From NCBI GenBank assembly GCA_004431415.1, contig QPMI01000534.1, positions 1-64,000 on the forward strand: a stretch of DNA of 64,000 nucleotides, written 5' to 3'. Below the pieces are notes generated by a model. The model had not been told where the DNA came from. It saw nothing but the letters and a program-made list of their open reading frames with translations, and searched no databases. Below, piece by piece: positions 26,593 to 41,174 of this stretch. A program made the translations under genes and the position numbers. This DNA is from Cyanophora paradoxa CCMP329. Taxonomy: Eukaryota > Plantae > Glaucophyta. Every line of letters starts with the position of its first letter. Within the stretch, counting starts at the first letter, position 1.

Positions 26593-28651
26593 TCAGCCGC
26601 GGCGGGCGGCGAGAATCTCGTCCACGTGGGTCTGAAGCCCCGCCAGGCGCCCGTCCCACCGCCGCTTCAGGCTCGCGCGCGCCTTCACCTCGGGCCGCAG
26701 GCTCCGCAGCACCTGCGTGCATGCCCGGCGCTCGGTCGGCAGGGGCGGGGGCGAGGCGGCGCCGCAGCCGCAGCCGCCGGCCCTCCGCGCACCCTGTAGG
26801 GGCGCAGGGCGGCGCTCTCCGAGTCGTCGGGGTCGACCGCGGCGGCGACTTCGAGGCGCTCGAGGGCCGGCAGGGCGGCGATGGCCTCCGCCTCGGCCTC
26901 GGAGAGAGGCCGCGCGAGCACGAGGCCCAGGTCCGTCAGGGCGCGCCGCGGGCCCTCGCTCCGGAGGAAGTCGGCCACCTCCTCGGGGGCCGCCTGCAGC
27001 TCCGAGCCTGCGCCCCGGCGCCGGCAGTGAGCGGGGCGGGGCCCGAGGCCGGCCGGCGCCCCTCGCGCCGCTCACCGTGCGTGCCCCAACGGTTGAGGGC
27101 CCCCAGCCGCAGCCAGAGGCGTGCGAGGTTGGAGGGGCGGGCGAGGGCCCCCGCGAGGGAGCGGAGGAACTCGCCGGCGGCGGCGGGCTCGCGGCCGGCG
27201 TCGACGCGGAGGGCCGCCTCGCGGAGGCCCGCGAGCTCGCCCAGGGCCCCCACCTCGCCCGGCCCGAGCCCGAGCCCGCCCAGGGCCTCCCCAGCCTCCT
27301 CCTCCTCCTCCTCCTCCTCCTCTTCATCCTCCGCCGGCTCGAGCCGCGGGGGGCCCACGCGCAGCGTCTCGACCGCCTCCAGGCCCCGCATGCGGGCCAG
27401 GGCGCGCAGGCCGCCCCCGCCCACCTCGACCTCCCAGCGGCGCGCCCACCCCGAGCGCCGCGGGAAGTCTCCCCTGCGGCGGAGGCGGCGGGCGTCAGGA
27501 CGGCAGGGCGGGAGCGCGGGCAGGAGCGCGCACGCGTACAGCCCGATCCCCCAGTAGAAGGACAGGCTCTTGAGGCTCCTGCCGGCGCGGCCGCCGGCGA
27601 GGGCGGCGAGGCCCCTGCTGACTCCACTGGAGCGCTCGCCGGCGACGAGCAGGCGCTCGAGGTGCGCGAGGGGCGCGAGGGCGGCGAGCGCCTCGAAGCC
27701 GGCCTCCTCGGCCAGCGGGAGGGAGAGGGAGCTCAGGAGGGGGCACGCCGCGGCGATGGCCGCCGCCTCCTCCGCGCCGGCGCCGGCGCTGAGGCCGTTG
27801 AAGTAGAGGTCGAGGGAGCGCAGGGCGCCGAAGGGCGCCAGCGCCGCCCGCAGCTCGCCCGGCCCCGGCCACGGCAGCCGCGGCGGCGGCGGCCGCGGGC
27901 CGCCCCACTCGCCGAGGGCCAGCCAGTCGTGGCTAGGGTCGGACCGCTGCGACCAGGCCGCGGAGCTCAGGTGCCCCGCGATGCCGATGCTGAGGCCCTC
28001 AAGCGCGCTGGGCTCCCCTTCCGGCCGCTGCAGCGCCCGCAGCGCTCCGACCAGGAAGGAGCGCACGAGGTCCCCGTCGCGGCCGGGGTCTGGATCCGCG
28101 CAGATCCCGCTCCCCTCGTAGAGCTCCACGGACACCTCGCGCGGCTGCTGCGCGGCGCCGCCGCGGCGGCTGCAGCCGCGGGTGTAGGCGGCCAGGAGCT
28201 CGCACGCCGCTGCCACCGTGCGCCGGTTTCTCTCCGCTGCCGCTGCGCCGCTCTCCGCGGGCTGCGTGGCCGCTGCGCCGAGCGGTCCGTTGTAGAGCGG
28301 CGGTCCATACGCGTCGTTGTACACAGCGAGGCCCGCTGCCGCGGCGCCGGCCTTCAGCTCCATCCGCAGCTCGATGCGCGACCACCGCGTCTCCTCAACC
28401 ACGCGCCGCCATCGCCTATGATTCGACGCGTGAGCGGACGCTACGGCCACTGTAGTCTATGGCTACGCGAACCTGCACACGCTGCGCAGGGGCCAACTCG
28501 CCTGCACCCCAAGCGCCTTGAACACGCAGCTCACGACCGCGTCTGGCAGCACGCCGAAGGCGCTGTCGGCCTGCACGTCGTCCAGAGGCGCGGCGTCGCC
28601 TGGCGGGGCTTTGACCGCGCCCCCTTCCGACGGCGATGCAGCAGACGACAT
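26593..28651 (-). CDS. F-box / leucine-rich-repeat protein
   Basis: MSSAASP...FGVLPDAVVSCVFKALGVQASWPLRSVCR/RWRRVV is F-box-like. It is followed by LRSLDLYF, ACPLLSSLSLP, LAHLERLLV and SLKSLSF LRR-like units, ending ...EILAARRG* at 26593. Some internal junctions are uncertain. Confidence 0.7.
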
Positions 28652-28926
28652 AGGTCGTACTTGCAAGTTGTAAAATTCACTGCAGCTGAGTGAATTGTTG
28701 TCGACCGACCGTCGACGTCGGACATCGACTGGCAGGGCCTGGAATTTGGCTGGAAGCACTGCCCGGGTACAAGGCCACATGACCAACCTGAGCGGCCCCC
28801 ACAGCACTCGGCAACGGCCGCTAGCTCCCACCGCTCATCGTTGATCTGCTCCCACAGCACTCGGCAACGGCCGAGGTGCGTTGATCCCCGGGCGTTGATC
28901 CGCGAGAACACGCCGGCAACCACCGA

Positions 28927-31097
28927 ATGTCTCTCAAGCGCCAGCTCGAGAACGAGAACGAGACATCAGAGCTCGCGGAGAAAGAGGCCGCGCGTGTATG
29001 CTCGCCCCGATCGACGGACAGCGATGCCTCGGCGATTGACGACCCGGGCGCCAAGCGCCCCCGGCCAAGCGCCGGATCGAGTAGGTTAGGACGCGCCGAA
29101 TGCTGCGCGTCTCTGTCCGTGTCCGGCTGACCTCTCGGAGCTCAGCAGCGCAGCCGATCCGAGCGCTCACTCGGAGCTCAGCAGCGCAGCCGATCCGAGC
29201 GCTCACCCCGCCGCGGCCGACGCGGAAGCCGGAGGGGATGCGGGAGAGGGGGCGACGCTGCTCGGCCGGCTGCCAACCGAGCTGATCGAGCGCATCCTCT
29301 CGCTGCAAGACGCGGCCGCCGCGCGCCTGGTCTGCCGTCTGTGGCGCGCAGCGATCGAACAAGTCAGTTGGAGCACGATTGAAGTTAAACCGCGGCACGC
29401 GGAGACGCTGCATTCGCTCGCGGCTCAGTTGCAAGTGATCACGGATGATCATGATGGCCAGCGGAGCGATCGGCGGTGGATCCGCGTGGCGCCCGGCGCG
29501 ACCTTGTGCATAACGGTGAGGAAGAGCGTGCCAGTCGGCTGCCTGCGCCGATGCGCACCATGACGCGCCGCTTTGCCAGTACAAGGAGGGCGGCGAGTGG
29601 CTCCGGGCGGCCGTCTCCGTCTTGGAGGCGTGCACCGCCGCCTCCGGGCCTGTCGGCCTCGGCGACGTCTGCATCTTTATAATGAGAAGCGAGCCCGAGG
29701 ACACCAGCGCCCCGCCTTCCCGCCTCGCCGATCTGCTCGGCGCTCTCGTGCCGCGCCGCTCCGCCGAGGGCCCCGCGCTGCGCGAGCTGATGATCGTCGT
29801 CGGCTTCCCTTCCTTCGAGGACTTCTTCGCCGGGCTCGACCTCCGCCCCTCCCTCTTCCCGAATCTGAGGGCTCTTGATGTTTCTTGCGTGGGGGATCGC
29901 GCCGACAAGGCCGCCGTCGATGCCCTCGCCCGCGGCGCCCCCGGCCTGAAGTCGGTCCGCCCCCTCTCGCCGCGCCCGGCCCCGCGCCCGCCCGGGGTTC
30001 TCAGACGGGGCGGGGCGTAGCTGTGCATCTCAGTGGCGGGGCCGGGGGCCCTGGCTGGCCTGGCCGCCTTCGGCTCCCTGGAGGACCTCGTCGTATGGAC
30101 AGAGGATGCGGACGCCCCTCGCCTCGCCTCGCGTGACATCGACGCGGCGCCCCTGCTCGAGGGCCTCGCCTCCGGCCCCGCCGCGCGCTCCCTCAGAGAG
30201 TGAGCGGGCCGCCCCCTCCGCTCGCCGCGTGCACCGCTGAGCGCCGAGGCCCGCGCAGGCTCGAGCTCTACGGCGCGAGGCTCTCCCGGGCCGCCCTGCG
30301 CGCCCTGCCCCGCCTCGCCGCCCTCGAGCGGCTACAGGGCGAGCTCAAGGTCCGCCCCGGCCCCGCCCCCGCCCCCGCCTGCCGGCCCGACCGGCCGGGG
30401 CCGCAGCTCGCGCCGGACGTGGGGGGGAGGAGCTGGCGGCCCTCGGCTCCTGCCCCGCCCTCCGGAGCCTGGGGCCCCTCGCGCTGGGCGCCGGCGGTCG
30501 CCGGGACGGCGAGCTGCTCCTTGCGGCCCGCCTCGGCGGCCTCGCGGCGGCCGCTACGCAGTCCCCCTCCCTCGCCCTCGACCTGCGCGTCGGTGCGCGC
30601 CGCCGCCCCGGCCGCGCCTCGCGCGCCGCGTCTCACGCGGAGGCAGCTCTGCCGGCGCCGCCGGCGCTCACGGCGCTGGCCCGCGCCGCCCAGGGGCGCC
30701 TCGCCCTCGGAACGGAGGTCGACCTCGCGCCGGGCCGCCCCGCGGAGGCCGCCGCCGCGCTCGCCGCCGCGCTGGCGGCCGCCCTGCCCCGGCGCCTGCT
30801 TCTCGAGGCCCGCGTCGACGAGGCGGCGCTGGAGGGCGGCTGGCTGGACGGCCTCGCCGCCTTCGCCGCCTGCTCCGCCGGCGAGCTCAAGGTCCCCGCC
30901 CCCGCCGCCGCTGACCCCGCCTTCGTCGCTCAAGGCGAGCCCGCCCGCGGCCGCAGGCCCGGCTGCGCCTGGCGTGGAGTGTGTGGGGTCGGAAGGACGC
31001 GGCACAGGCGGCGGCGGCCCGGGCGCTCCAGGTCCCTTTGGAATGCATCAAAATTGATCGTGAGGCCTGTCGGAACTTCGAATTCGAATTCAGTTAG
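28927..31097 (+). CDS. F-box / leucine-rich-repeat protein
   Basis: LGRLPTELIERILSLQDAAAARLVCRLWRAAI (F-box) at ~29250-29355, then PALRELMI, FPNLRALDVS, APGLKS, FGSLEDLVV and LPRLAALERLQ. The 3' end is approximate (31057-31097). Confidence 0.7.
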
Positions 31098-32065
31098 CTA
31101 ATATGTCGTATTACATGTGTTTTTAAATCTAGATCTCTTCTGCGTCTCCGGGGTGGCGGATAATTTAAGTTACCTAGCTAAGTTACGTATACCTAGATTG
31201 TATAGGTCCGACGGTCCGTCCAGCGCTAGCCTCATCGAGGGGGCCCGGGGCGAGGCGGGCGGCCGCGGGAAGCCGGGCGGGACGCGCTTCTCGGCCACGA
31301 GGCGGCGGGCGCCCGCAGCGGACACGCGTACGCGTACGCTTAATTTATAAGCTGGCCATGGGCGGCCCCGCGGAGAGCGCCGCGGCGCTGCCGGCGCGTC
31401 AGGCCGCGAGGGAGCTCGAGGCAGCGGACGCGGGAGGGCGTGGCCACCTTAAGCTTGGGGCCCGCGCCGGCGAGGGCGAGGGCGGCGTCCGGGCCGGGGC
31501 CCGCGCGCCCGCCGCTGGAAGCGCTCGCGGACTCGGGAGCTTCCGCAGCGACGAGGCGTCCAGCTCGGGCTGCGGCGCGCGCGGGTGGGCCTGCGGGGGC
31601 CCGCGCGCGTGAGGCCGCTGCCATGATCATGAGCGAATTGTGGTCGACCGTCGGACTGGCAGGCCCCCGTACCGTACCGTACCTGGCCCCGACCCCCAGT
31701 GCTTATAATTAGTTTCCGTACGTATACCCGTCCGTTCAACGGTTTGGACGGAAAAGTTAACGTATATGCATATAAATTGCCCCCGTGATTCGCCCCAAGC
31801 TAAGGCCGCAGTGCCGCGGCATCCCGGCTGAATTGAAGGCAGCACCCCGGCTGCGTTCGAGGCGGACACCCTTTCAATATATAGTTACACGAGCTACCCG
31901 GCCCACCTCAGCAGCCGCAGCCGCTGAGCCGCGTGCTGTTATAGCAGCGCCCATCCCAGCCCTTCGGGGCTGGCTTGCCGGCACCGCGCGGCGGCAGGCG
32001 CCGGCGCCGGCGAGACGCGAGCCTGCCCGGGCCGCCCGGAGGGGAGGCCGAGGGGCCACCGGCGC

Positions 32066-33258
32066 TCAGCCGCCGATGGAGAGCAGCTCGACGTCGAAGA
32101 TGAGGGTCGAGTTGGGCGGGATCGGCTGCGGGGGTACCCCCGCCCGTCAGCCGGGCGGGGGTACGCGCGCGCGCACGGGCGCACCCCGATGCCGCGCGAG
32201 CCGTAGCTGTGCGAGGCGGGCCGTCAGGCGGGAGCGGGGGCAGCAGAAGGGGCGGGGTACGCACCCAAGCGCGGGGGGTACGGTGAGCTTGCGCTGGCCC
32301 CCGACCTGCTCGGCGGTGTGGGTACGGCAATCCGAGATTGGGGTGGCGGGGGTACGCGGCGCGGACCTTCATCGACATAACGCCCTCGTCCCAGCCCTGC
32401 ACGGGAAGAAAGGAGGTCAATGGAGACGGAGCAACGAAGACCGCACCCGCCCTCCCACCTTGATAACCTGCCGGGGCGTGGTTAGAGATACGAAACGAGG
32501 TTGCAGGCGGTTCGACAGAGCTCGAGGCGCCAGCGGACCATGCCGGTGCCGATCTTGAAGCTGAACGGACGGCCGCGGTCGCGAGACGAGTCGAAGACCT
32601 GAGGGCCCGGGGCCGTCAGAGTTGCGCGGGATAGAATTCGGCTGGGCGTTGGCGGAGAGGGCGCGAGCGCGCCTGGCCGTTCTCCAGGCGCCCGGTGTAG
32701 TGGACCTTCACCATCTGGCCCGCCTTGGGCTGCGCCCCGCTGCCCTGCGCGCCCCGGGCGTGAGCGCCGAGGCGCGGCCGGCAGAGGCGGGCGATCGGGC
32801 AGGCGCGTACCTCGACGATGTCGACGTACTTGAGGCCCGAGTCGGTCGTGACCTCAGCGCCGCCCTCCTCCGCGCGGACCCAGAAGCACGCGCGGGTCCC
32901 GGCGACCAACGCGGTGGCGAGGCCGAGGGCCGCACGGCGGGCGATCGGCTGCGGAAGGCATCGATTAGGCACTGCGATGCGAACGCACGGGGCCGGGGCA
33001 CGGATCGGCCTCGTCGAGCGCGCGCTGAACGGCGGACGTAGGGCGCCGCCTAGCGGACGCTGTACACGATCCAATCCCCTAGCTGCGCACCTGGCCGTGG
33101 AACTCGCACTTGTTCTCGCCTTCGGCACGGACGGCGAAGCGTGCGACGGCGGCGGGCTGCGGCACTCGTTTCGCCGGCGTCGGGCAGACGACGCCGCGCT
33201 CGCCGAGGAAGGCGGAGCGGGGAACGACGACCGGGGCCGCGACGACGAACGCTGCCAT
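32066..33258 (-). CDS. FKBP-type peptidyl-prolyl isomerase, plastid, probably thylakoid lumen
   Basis: Transit peptide MAAFVVAAPVVVPRSAFLG..., then an RRAALGLATALVAG...VRA twin-arginine-like signal. Domain exons: TTDSGLKYVDIVE/GSGAQPKAGQMVKVHYTGRLENGQ/VFDSSRDRGRPFSFKIGTGM/VIK/GWDEGVMSMK/VGGQRKLTVPPALG/YGSRGIG/PIPPNSTLIFDVELLSIGG*. Confidence 0.93.
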
Positions 33259-33382
33259 CTTTCGGAGGGGGGGTGGAGAACTGGGGGGGGGAAGGCGGTC
33301 GGGGGCTACACAAAGCAGAAGCGCAACGTCTCGGGCAACGTTGGTCTCGGGAACCAGCGACGACAGCCCGCCCGGCCGCTGG

Positions 33383-35113
33383 ATGGATTGCCTTCGCAGG
33401 CCTCGCAAGCGCACGGCCCTCCTGCCTGAAAGCAGCGCGCCCAGCCGAAGCTCGGAGGTGATTCCCAACTCGGACGAGGAGAGCACGCGCATGGGACTGG
33501 AGGGTGAGTGCAGCGACAACGACGAGGTCGATCAGACTACGGAGGAGCTGCTCATCCCGTCTCCACCGTTCGCTGTGGCTTGTTCCTCGAGCACCCGACC
33601 GGAGCCGACCGACCCCCCTCGGCCAAAGCCGGAGAACGAGCAGCTCTTCCAACGTGCCGATGAACTGCTTTGTGCCGCCCGCGAGGGTGATGTGGACAAG
33701 ATCCGGTAAGCGAGCCCTCCCTACAACCGTCACTCTCGTTAGAGGCCAACGGTACCGCCTGCGCAGCGATCTCTTCGCGCATGTCGGAACTGTCCTCATC
33801 AACGTGAAAGATAAGAACGGCAGGACTCCCCTGATGGAGGTGCACAGCGCTCAAGCGTTCGCCCATGTGCACATTCAACTCACCCGACCGCTCGCGCAGG
33901 CGGCACGGTGTAACCACGTTGAAGCAGTAAGGTATGCAATACCGACGTGCTGTGCTCCATGTAGCACATCGTGCACGCCCACTTTGTCCGCTCACGTGTT
34001 GCGTTCGTTCGCAGGCTGCTGAAGAACCTGGGCGTGGACCTCAACGACGTGAATGCGATCGGAATGACTGCTCTGATGGTTCGCACCTGGTTGCCGAGTC
34101 GCCCGACATCGCCCCTGGACTAACCGCGTAACGCGCAGGACGCCGCCGCCGCCGGCCACGACGATGTACTCGAGTGCGTTGGGCGCTCTTGAACCGCCTC
34201 CTCGCGCGTCTGATGGATTGCCGGAACGCGCGACAGAGTTCTCCTGGATCGGGACGCCCAGGTTTTGGAACGATCGGACAACCGCTGCAAGAGCCGCAAG
34301 CGGAAGCGGACGCACGACATGTTCATGAGCGGGCTCGAGTGGAGGTTTGCACCTCACTCCAGGACGGCGCGTTTGGACTCGCGGCGGCGCTGACCGCGCG
34401 GCAGGATATCGAGGCGAGCCGTCGACGTGAACAAGGGGGACCGCTGCCAGCGCACGGCGCTGCACTACGCCAGCTCGCACGGATTCCCCAGCAGCTGCCG
34501 GTGGGCCTCCCGCCCGCAGCGCGCCCGCGGCGGCCCCGCCGACGCGCCGGCAGGCTGCTGCTGGAGGCGGGGGCGGACCTCACGGCGCCGGACGTGCACG
34601 GGCGCACGGCGGCCTCGCTGGCGTGCAGCTACGGCCACGCCGACGTCTTCGCGGTGCGCGCCGCCGCGGTCGCCGCGGCCTTCTTCGAGCTGACGCGGCG
34701 CGCAGCTGCTGAGGGAGTTCGGGAGCAAGGTGCCGGTGTCGGGCCTGAGGCACCCGGAGAAGGACCTGTGCGTGATCAACGAGGGGCGGCAGCCGATCTA
34801 CTTCCGCATCAAGCGCATCCGCCCGCTCAGCCGCCTCATCGACGCCTACTGCCTGCGCCAGGCCGAGATCAACAAGGAGCACCCGCTCGGGCAGGTGCGC
34901 CGGCCCCGTCGAGCCCCCCGCGCCGCCCGATCGGGCCTGAGCGGCGGCGGCGGGGGCGCGCAGGTCGATTTCTGGTTCGCGGGCGTGCGGATGCTCCCGT
35001 TCCACAGCGTGGAGATGCTGCAGACGGGCGAGGAGTCGGACATCTACGTCACGGCGCCCGGCGAGGAGCCCCCGGCGCCGCACCCGGCCGCCGCCGCCTC
35101 CTCGTCCCTGTAG
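33383..35113 (+). CDS. Ankyrin-repeat protein with a C-terminal SUMO-like ubiquitin-fold domain
   Basis: Ankyrin motifs: LLCAAREGDVDKIR, NVKDKNGRTPLMEAARCNH, GMTALMDAAAAGH, QRTALHYASSHG and LLEAGADLTAPDVHGRTA. C-terminal IYFRIKRIRPLSRLIDAYCLRQ...VDFWFAGVRM resembles the SUMO core. Confidence 0.85.
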
Positions 35114-35491
35114 AGCCCAGGAGCCCTCCGAGGGCTCGGGCACGTAGGCAGGTCGCAGATCGCACGGGGCGCCGAGACGGCTGGCAGCAGGGTCCTTAGG
35201 AAGGGTAGCGACAACAGTAGCTTAGGCGTGAGCTCTTGATTTTGCAGTTTTTTCCTCTCTCTGGAGCAGTTAACGTTGCTCCTGAACTTCAGATCGGCCC
35301 TCCTGGCCCCCGGGCACAAGCACGAGATCTAGACGCCGACCGCTCGGCATCGGGCGCCGCTCAATGAATGAATGATAATGTACAGGTCCATTAAAGTACA
35401 AACATCGGGAAAGCGCAACCACACTGGTACTAAGCGTAAGCTACTCGCTATAGCTGGCGCTGAGCCAAGCCCGTGGGGGGTACCGGGACCC

Positions 35492-37132
35492 CTAGAGCGC
35501 GAAGGCGAAGATGTCCTCCAGCTTGAGCGAGCCGGGGGCGCCCGCCTCGCCGATCTCGGGGTACACGCCCGCGTCCGCCTCGCTGAAGTCCTGCGCGCCG
35601 TACCCCCCTCGAGCTCAGAGACCGGCCCCGGGTCCAAAGGTCGGGGTCGAGATTGAGATTTGATCCGGACCTGGTCGTGGGTGTAGTGCGTGTACGTGAT
35701 GCAGCACCGCATGCCGGCGGCTGGCGGGCGCCGCGCTCAGGAAAGGGCCGCGGGCGGGGTACGCGGATCACTCCGCGCGCACCCTTGGCCGCGAGGAGGC
35801 CGATGCGGGAGTCCTCGATGACGACGCAGCGCTCGGGGGGCACGCCGAGGCGCTTCTGGGCCTCCTGGTAGATGTCCGGGTTCGGCTGCGGGCGGGGCCG
35901 GATCGCGCCGCGCGTCGGACGGGGCGCGCGGCGCGGCACGGCGGCATCTAACGCCTTTGCGCGCGGTGCAATATATATGAGCTATAGCTAACGATTCTGG
36001 CGGCGAAAGCTTAGACTCTAACTCCAATCTAGCTCGGCGACTGCGCGGACCTTCTTCCGCTTGACGTCGTCGCCGGCGATCACGAACTCGAACATCTCCT
36101 TCCACTTCGTGCCCAGCACCTGCGATTCCGCGCTCGGATTGAGGTCTCGTCCGCTCTGGCCGGGCGGGCCCGGCCGGCCGGCACCTTGTCGAGGACGCCG
36201 TGGCAGGCCTTGCGGTTGGCGGCGCTGCAGACGCAGATGGGAATGCCGGCCGCCTTCGCCTCCTCGATCAGGCGTCGGATGCCCGGCCGCAGCGGCAGCT
36301 TCCCCTCCTCGATGATCTGCGCGCGCGCGCCGCGCCGAGGCGATCAGTCCCGCCCCCGGCGCTGCTCCTAAGCTCTGCGGCGGAGCGAGACGCACGCGGC
36401 CGTAGCAGTCGTTCTTGTACGAGTAGAGCTTGTCGATGAGCGCCTTCTTCTCCTCCTCCGAGTCGCCGCACGGCCAGCCCTCCTTGTTGAAGTACCACGT
36501 CATCTTCTCGCGCCCGCCGCCGACCGAGTTCTGCAGCACTGCGCGGCGCGTGCGTCAGCTAAGGGTGCGCGCGGCGGCTGCGGCTGCGCGGGGCGCGCAC
36601 TCCCGTAGAAGGGCTCGTCCCTGCCGGCGGCATTCATCAGCACGCCGCATTCAAAAGTGTGATCGAAGCGAGGCGCGGCGGGCCGCGGTGCGGTGCGCAC
36701 CAGTGCACGTCGACGCCGTTGTGCTCAAAGGACTCGTTGTAGGTCATGCGGTGGCCCTCCTCCGTCTGAAAGCCGCCCGCGAGTCGGCGCGAGCGCGACA
36801 CGTGCTTAGCTTTCAGCCTCGCCTACCTCCGCGATGACCCCGTCGCAGTCGAAGATGAGAGCGATGTCCTTGGCGAGGGCCACGACCGCGCCGTTGAAGC
36901 CAAAGCGCGCCGCCCGGGACGACGCCCCGCAAACGGGTGCCGATGCGACAAACGTGCGGCTGGGCCGGGCGGCCGCACCCAGGAAGCTGGACCGGAGGGG
37001 TTCGCGCGCGCGGCGCGCCGGTGCCGGCTCCGCGAGGGGCGCCGGGTCGCACGGCTGAGGCGCAAACGGGCGGCTCAGGGGAGCCCGGCCGAGCTGCGCG
37101 CTGGCGCCCGCGAGGCAGACGAACGACGCCAT
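35492..37132 (-). CDS. HAD-superfamily hydrolase, CbbY-like, plastid-targeted
   Basis: Transit peptide MASFVCLAG..., motif I LIFDCDGVIAE/TEEGHR, VGGGREKMTWYF, LRPGIRRLI, VCSAAN, AGDDVKRKK/PNPDIY, CVVIEDSRIGLLAAKG/AGMRC. TAG at 35492-35494. Confidence 0.88.
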
Positions 37133-37411
37133 ACTATTACTATCCGGGGGTACGGCCTCCCCGCTGTTCTTCCCCCCTTCTCAGAACGCGTATCCCGCCG
37201 GATCAGCCCTCGAATCAAGCGGCCTGCTCGTTCTCCGGTTCTCCCGTTCTCCCTGGTGCGCGGAACTGCCTGCTAGAGCTGAACAATCACCCACGACGAG
37301 CCGTGGCTCGCCCGATCAGAATCTGGGCCGCGCGCGAAAGTCGCTGTCTCTGATGTCCCGCCCGCAGTGCGCAGGGCTACCTCAGACCGGATTCAGGCCG
37401 TTTTGCAGGAG

Positions 37412-39831
<2,420 letters not shown>

Positions 39832-40272
39832 TGATCGGCCGCACCCGGATCGGTTTCGTCTCCCTCGCGGCCCGTTTCCTTTCGCTCGCTCTGCAAAGTT
39901 TTGTCGGCGGTACGCCCCGCTAGGTCCGTCCCTCGTTTGCTTGGACCTCGGGCGCCGTAGTGCTCTGTGAATGTGTCGTCTTATGTACTTCGCTTTTCCT
40001 TTCTTTAGCTTGGCTGTTTCCCCATGCATAGTATTCTGCGAGAGGCAGTTTTAAACTCGCAGGCTTTGACCCCACGCGGCCGGCCTAGGCCTTGATGCTT
40101 TCTTAAAGCGAGCTGCTGTTTCACGCTCTGTTTTTTCACGAGGCTTCTGTGGGCTGTATGTTCACATCATAATGAAGAGAGCGTATCGAAACAATGCGTG
40201 CGATCGCGAATGCGAATAAGCCTCCATAAAACAATAAGGGAGACGTATGTATGAGCAGCTTGACAGAGAAAT

Positions 40273-40645
40273 TTAGTTGAAACAAAGCAAATGCCGCAGT
40301 GCACTCGAATTCGAAGTCGAATTCGATGCCTTGAGAGAGTCCGGATCCAAGCTATAGCTAAGCCTTCAGGCTAAGCCTTCAGGAAGCCTGACTCAGTGAA
40401 GGTCTAAATTTGGAATCGCTGTCTACGTATATATATACGTATACATCTTGAGCTTGCTGGTATACGTATCTACATATCATAGTATGCAATCTAGTTGAAA
40501 CAAAGGAAATGCACTCGAATTTGAATTCGAATCTCACGAGGCCTTGAGAGGATCCAAGCTAAGCCCTCCGAGGCTCTGGAAGCCTTAATTCGAAGGATTA
40601 AATTTGGAATCGTTGTCTACATCTTGAGCTTGCTGATGTCTACAT
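40273..40645 (+). repeat. Diverged ~200-bp tandem duplication in AT-richer intergenic DNA
   Basis: TAGTTGAAACAAAG, GCACTCGAATT, GGATCCAAGCTA, AAATTTGGAATCG and ACATCTTGAGCTTGCTG each occur twice in the same order. Confidence 0.75.
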
Positions 40646-41082
40646 ACAATCCCAGCTAGTATCGATGACATTGTACAATATGGAATATCATACCAATCAC
40701 TTGTAGATCTTACAAATGCGCGTGACTCAGCCGCAGCGGTCAAGCCGGAGTCTGTACAGGAGTGGTCGCAGGAAAATTTGGAAAGGGGCATGAATACTAT
40801 GAAAATAGCCATGGACCGTTACCGAGTGACATGAATCTTAACCTACATCCTATTTAAAAATGATCTATACACAGCGAGCCTTATAGAGGGGGTGAGACAA
40901 TGACGCTCACTCTGCACTATACAATTCTGAAAAGCTGTGGGTAGAGCTGATCTTAAGGCAGTCAATGGTGCAAATATAAGAATCTGCCTGTCCGGCGGTC
41001 TGCCGGGCTACAACTACAGCTACAAAAGCAGCCTGGGCCTGCTCAAGCTTGATGCCCGATGAGGAGGGCAGGGTTTCGGGCA

Positions 41083-41169
41083 GGGCGGGGCCCGAGGCCT
41101 GGCCGGGCGGGGCCCGAGGCCTGGCCGGGCGGGGCCCGAGGCCTGGCCGGGCGGGGCCCGAGGCCTGGC
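41083..41169. repeat. 22-bp minisatellite, ~4 copies
   Basis: (GGGCGGGGCCCGAGGCCTGGCC)n lies immediately past the putative stop of the phytochrome-cyclase gene. Confidence 0.9.
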
Positions 41170-41174
41170 GCGGG

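Noticed and set aside
26717-28693. 658-aa plus-strand ORF and similar long Arg/Gly/Pro-rich ORFs elsewhere
   Set aside because: These are antisense or off-frame shadows of GC-rich coding sequence; the motif-bearing frame is on the other strand or spliced.
31200-31630. Possible small minus-strand gene (MIMAAASRARAP...)
   Set aside because: Plausible ATG and composition, but no recognisable domain and no convincing exon chain; left uncalled.
40700-40900. Short lower-GC open frame (DLTNARDSAAAVKPESVQEW...)
   Set aside because: No start or continuation could be established and no motif was recognised.
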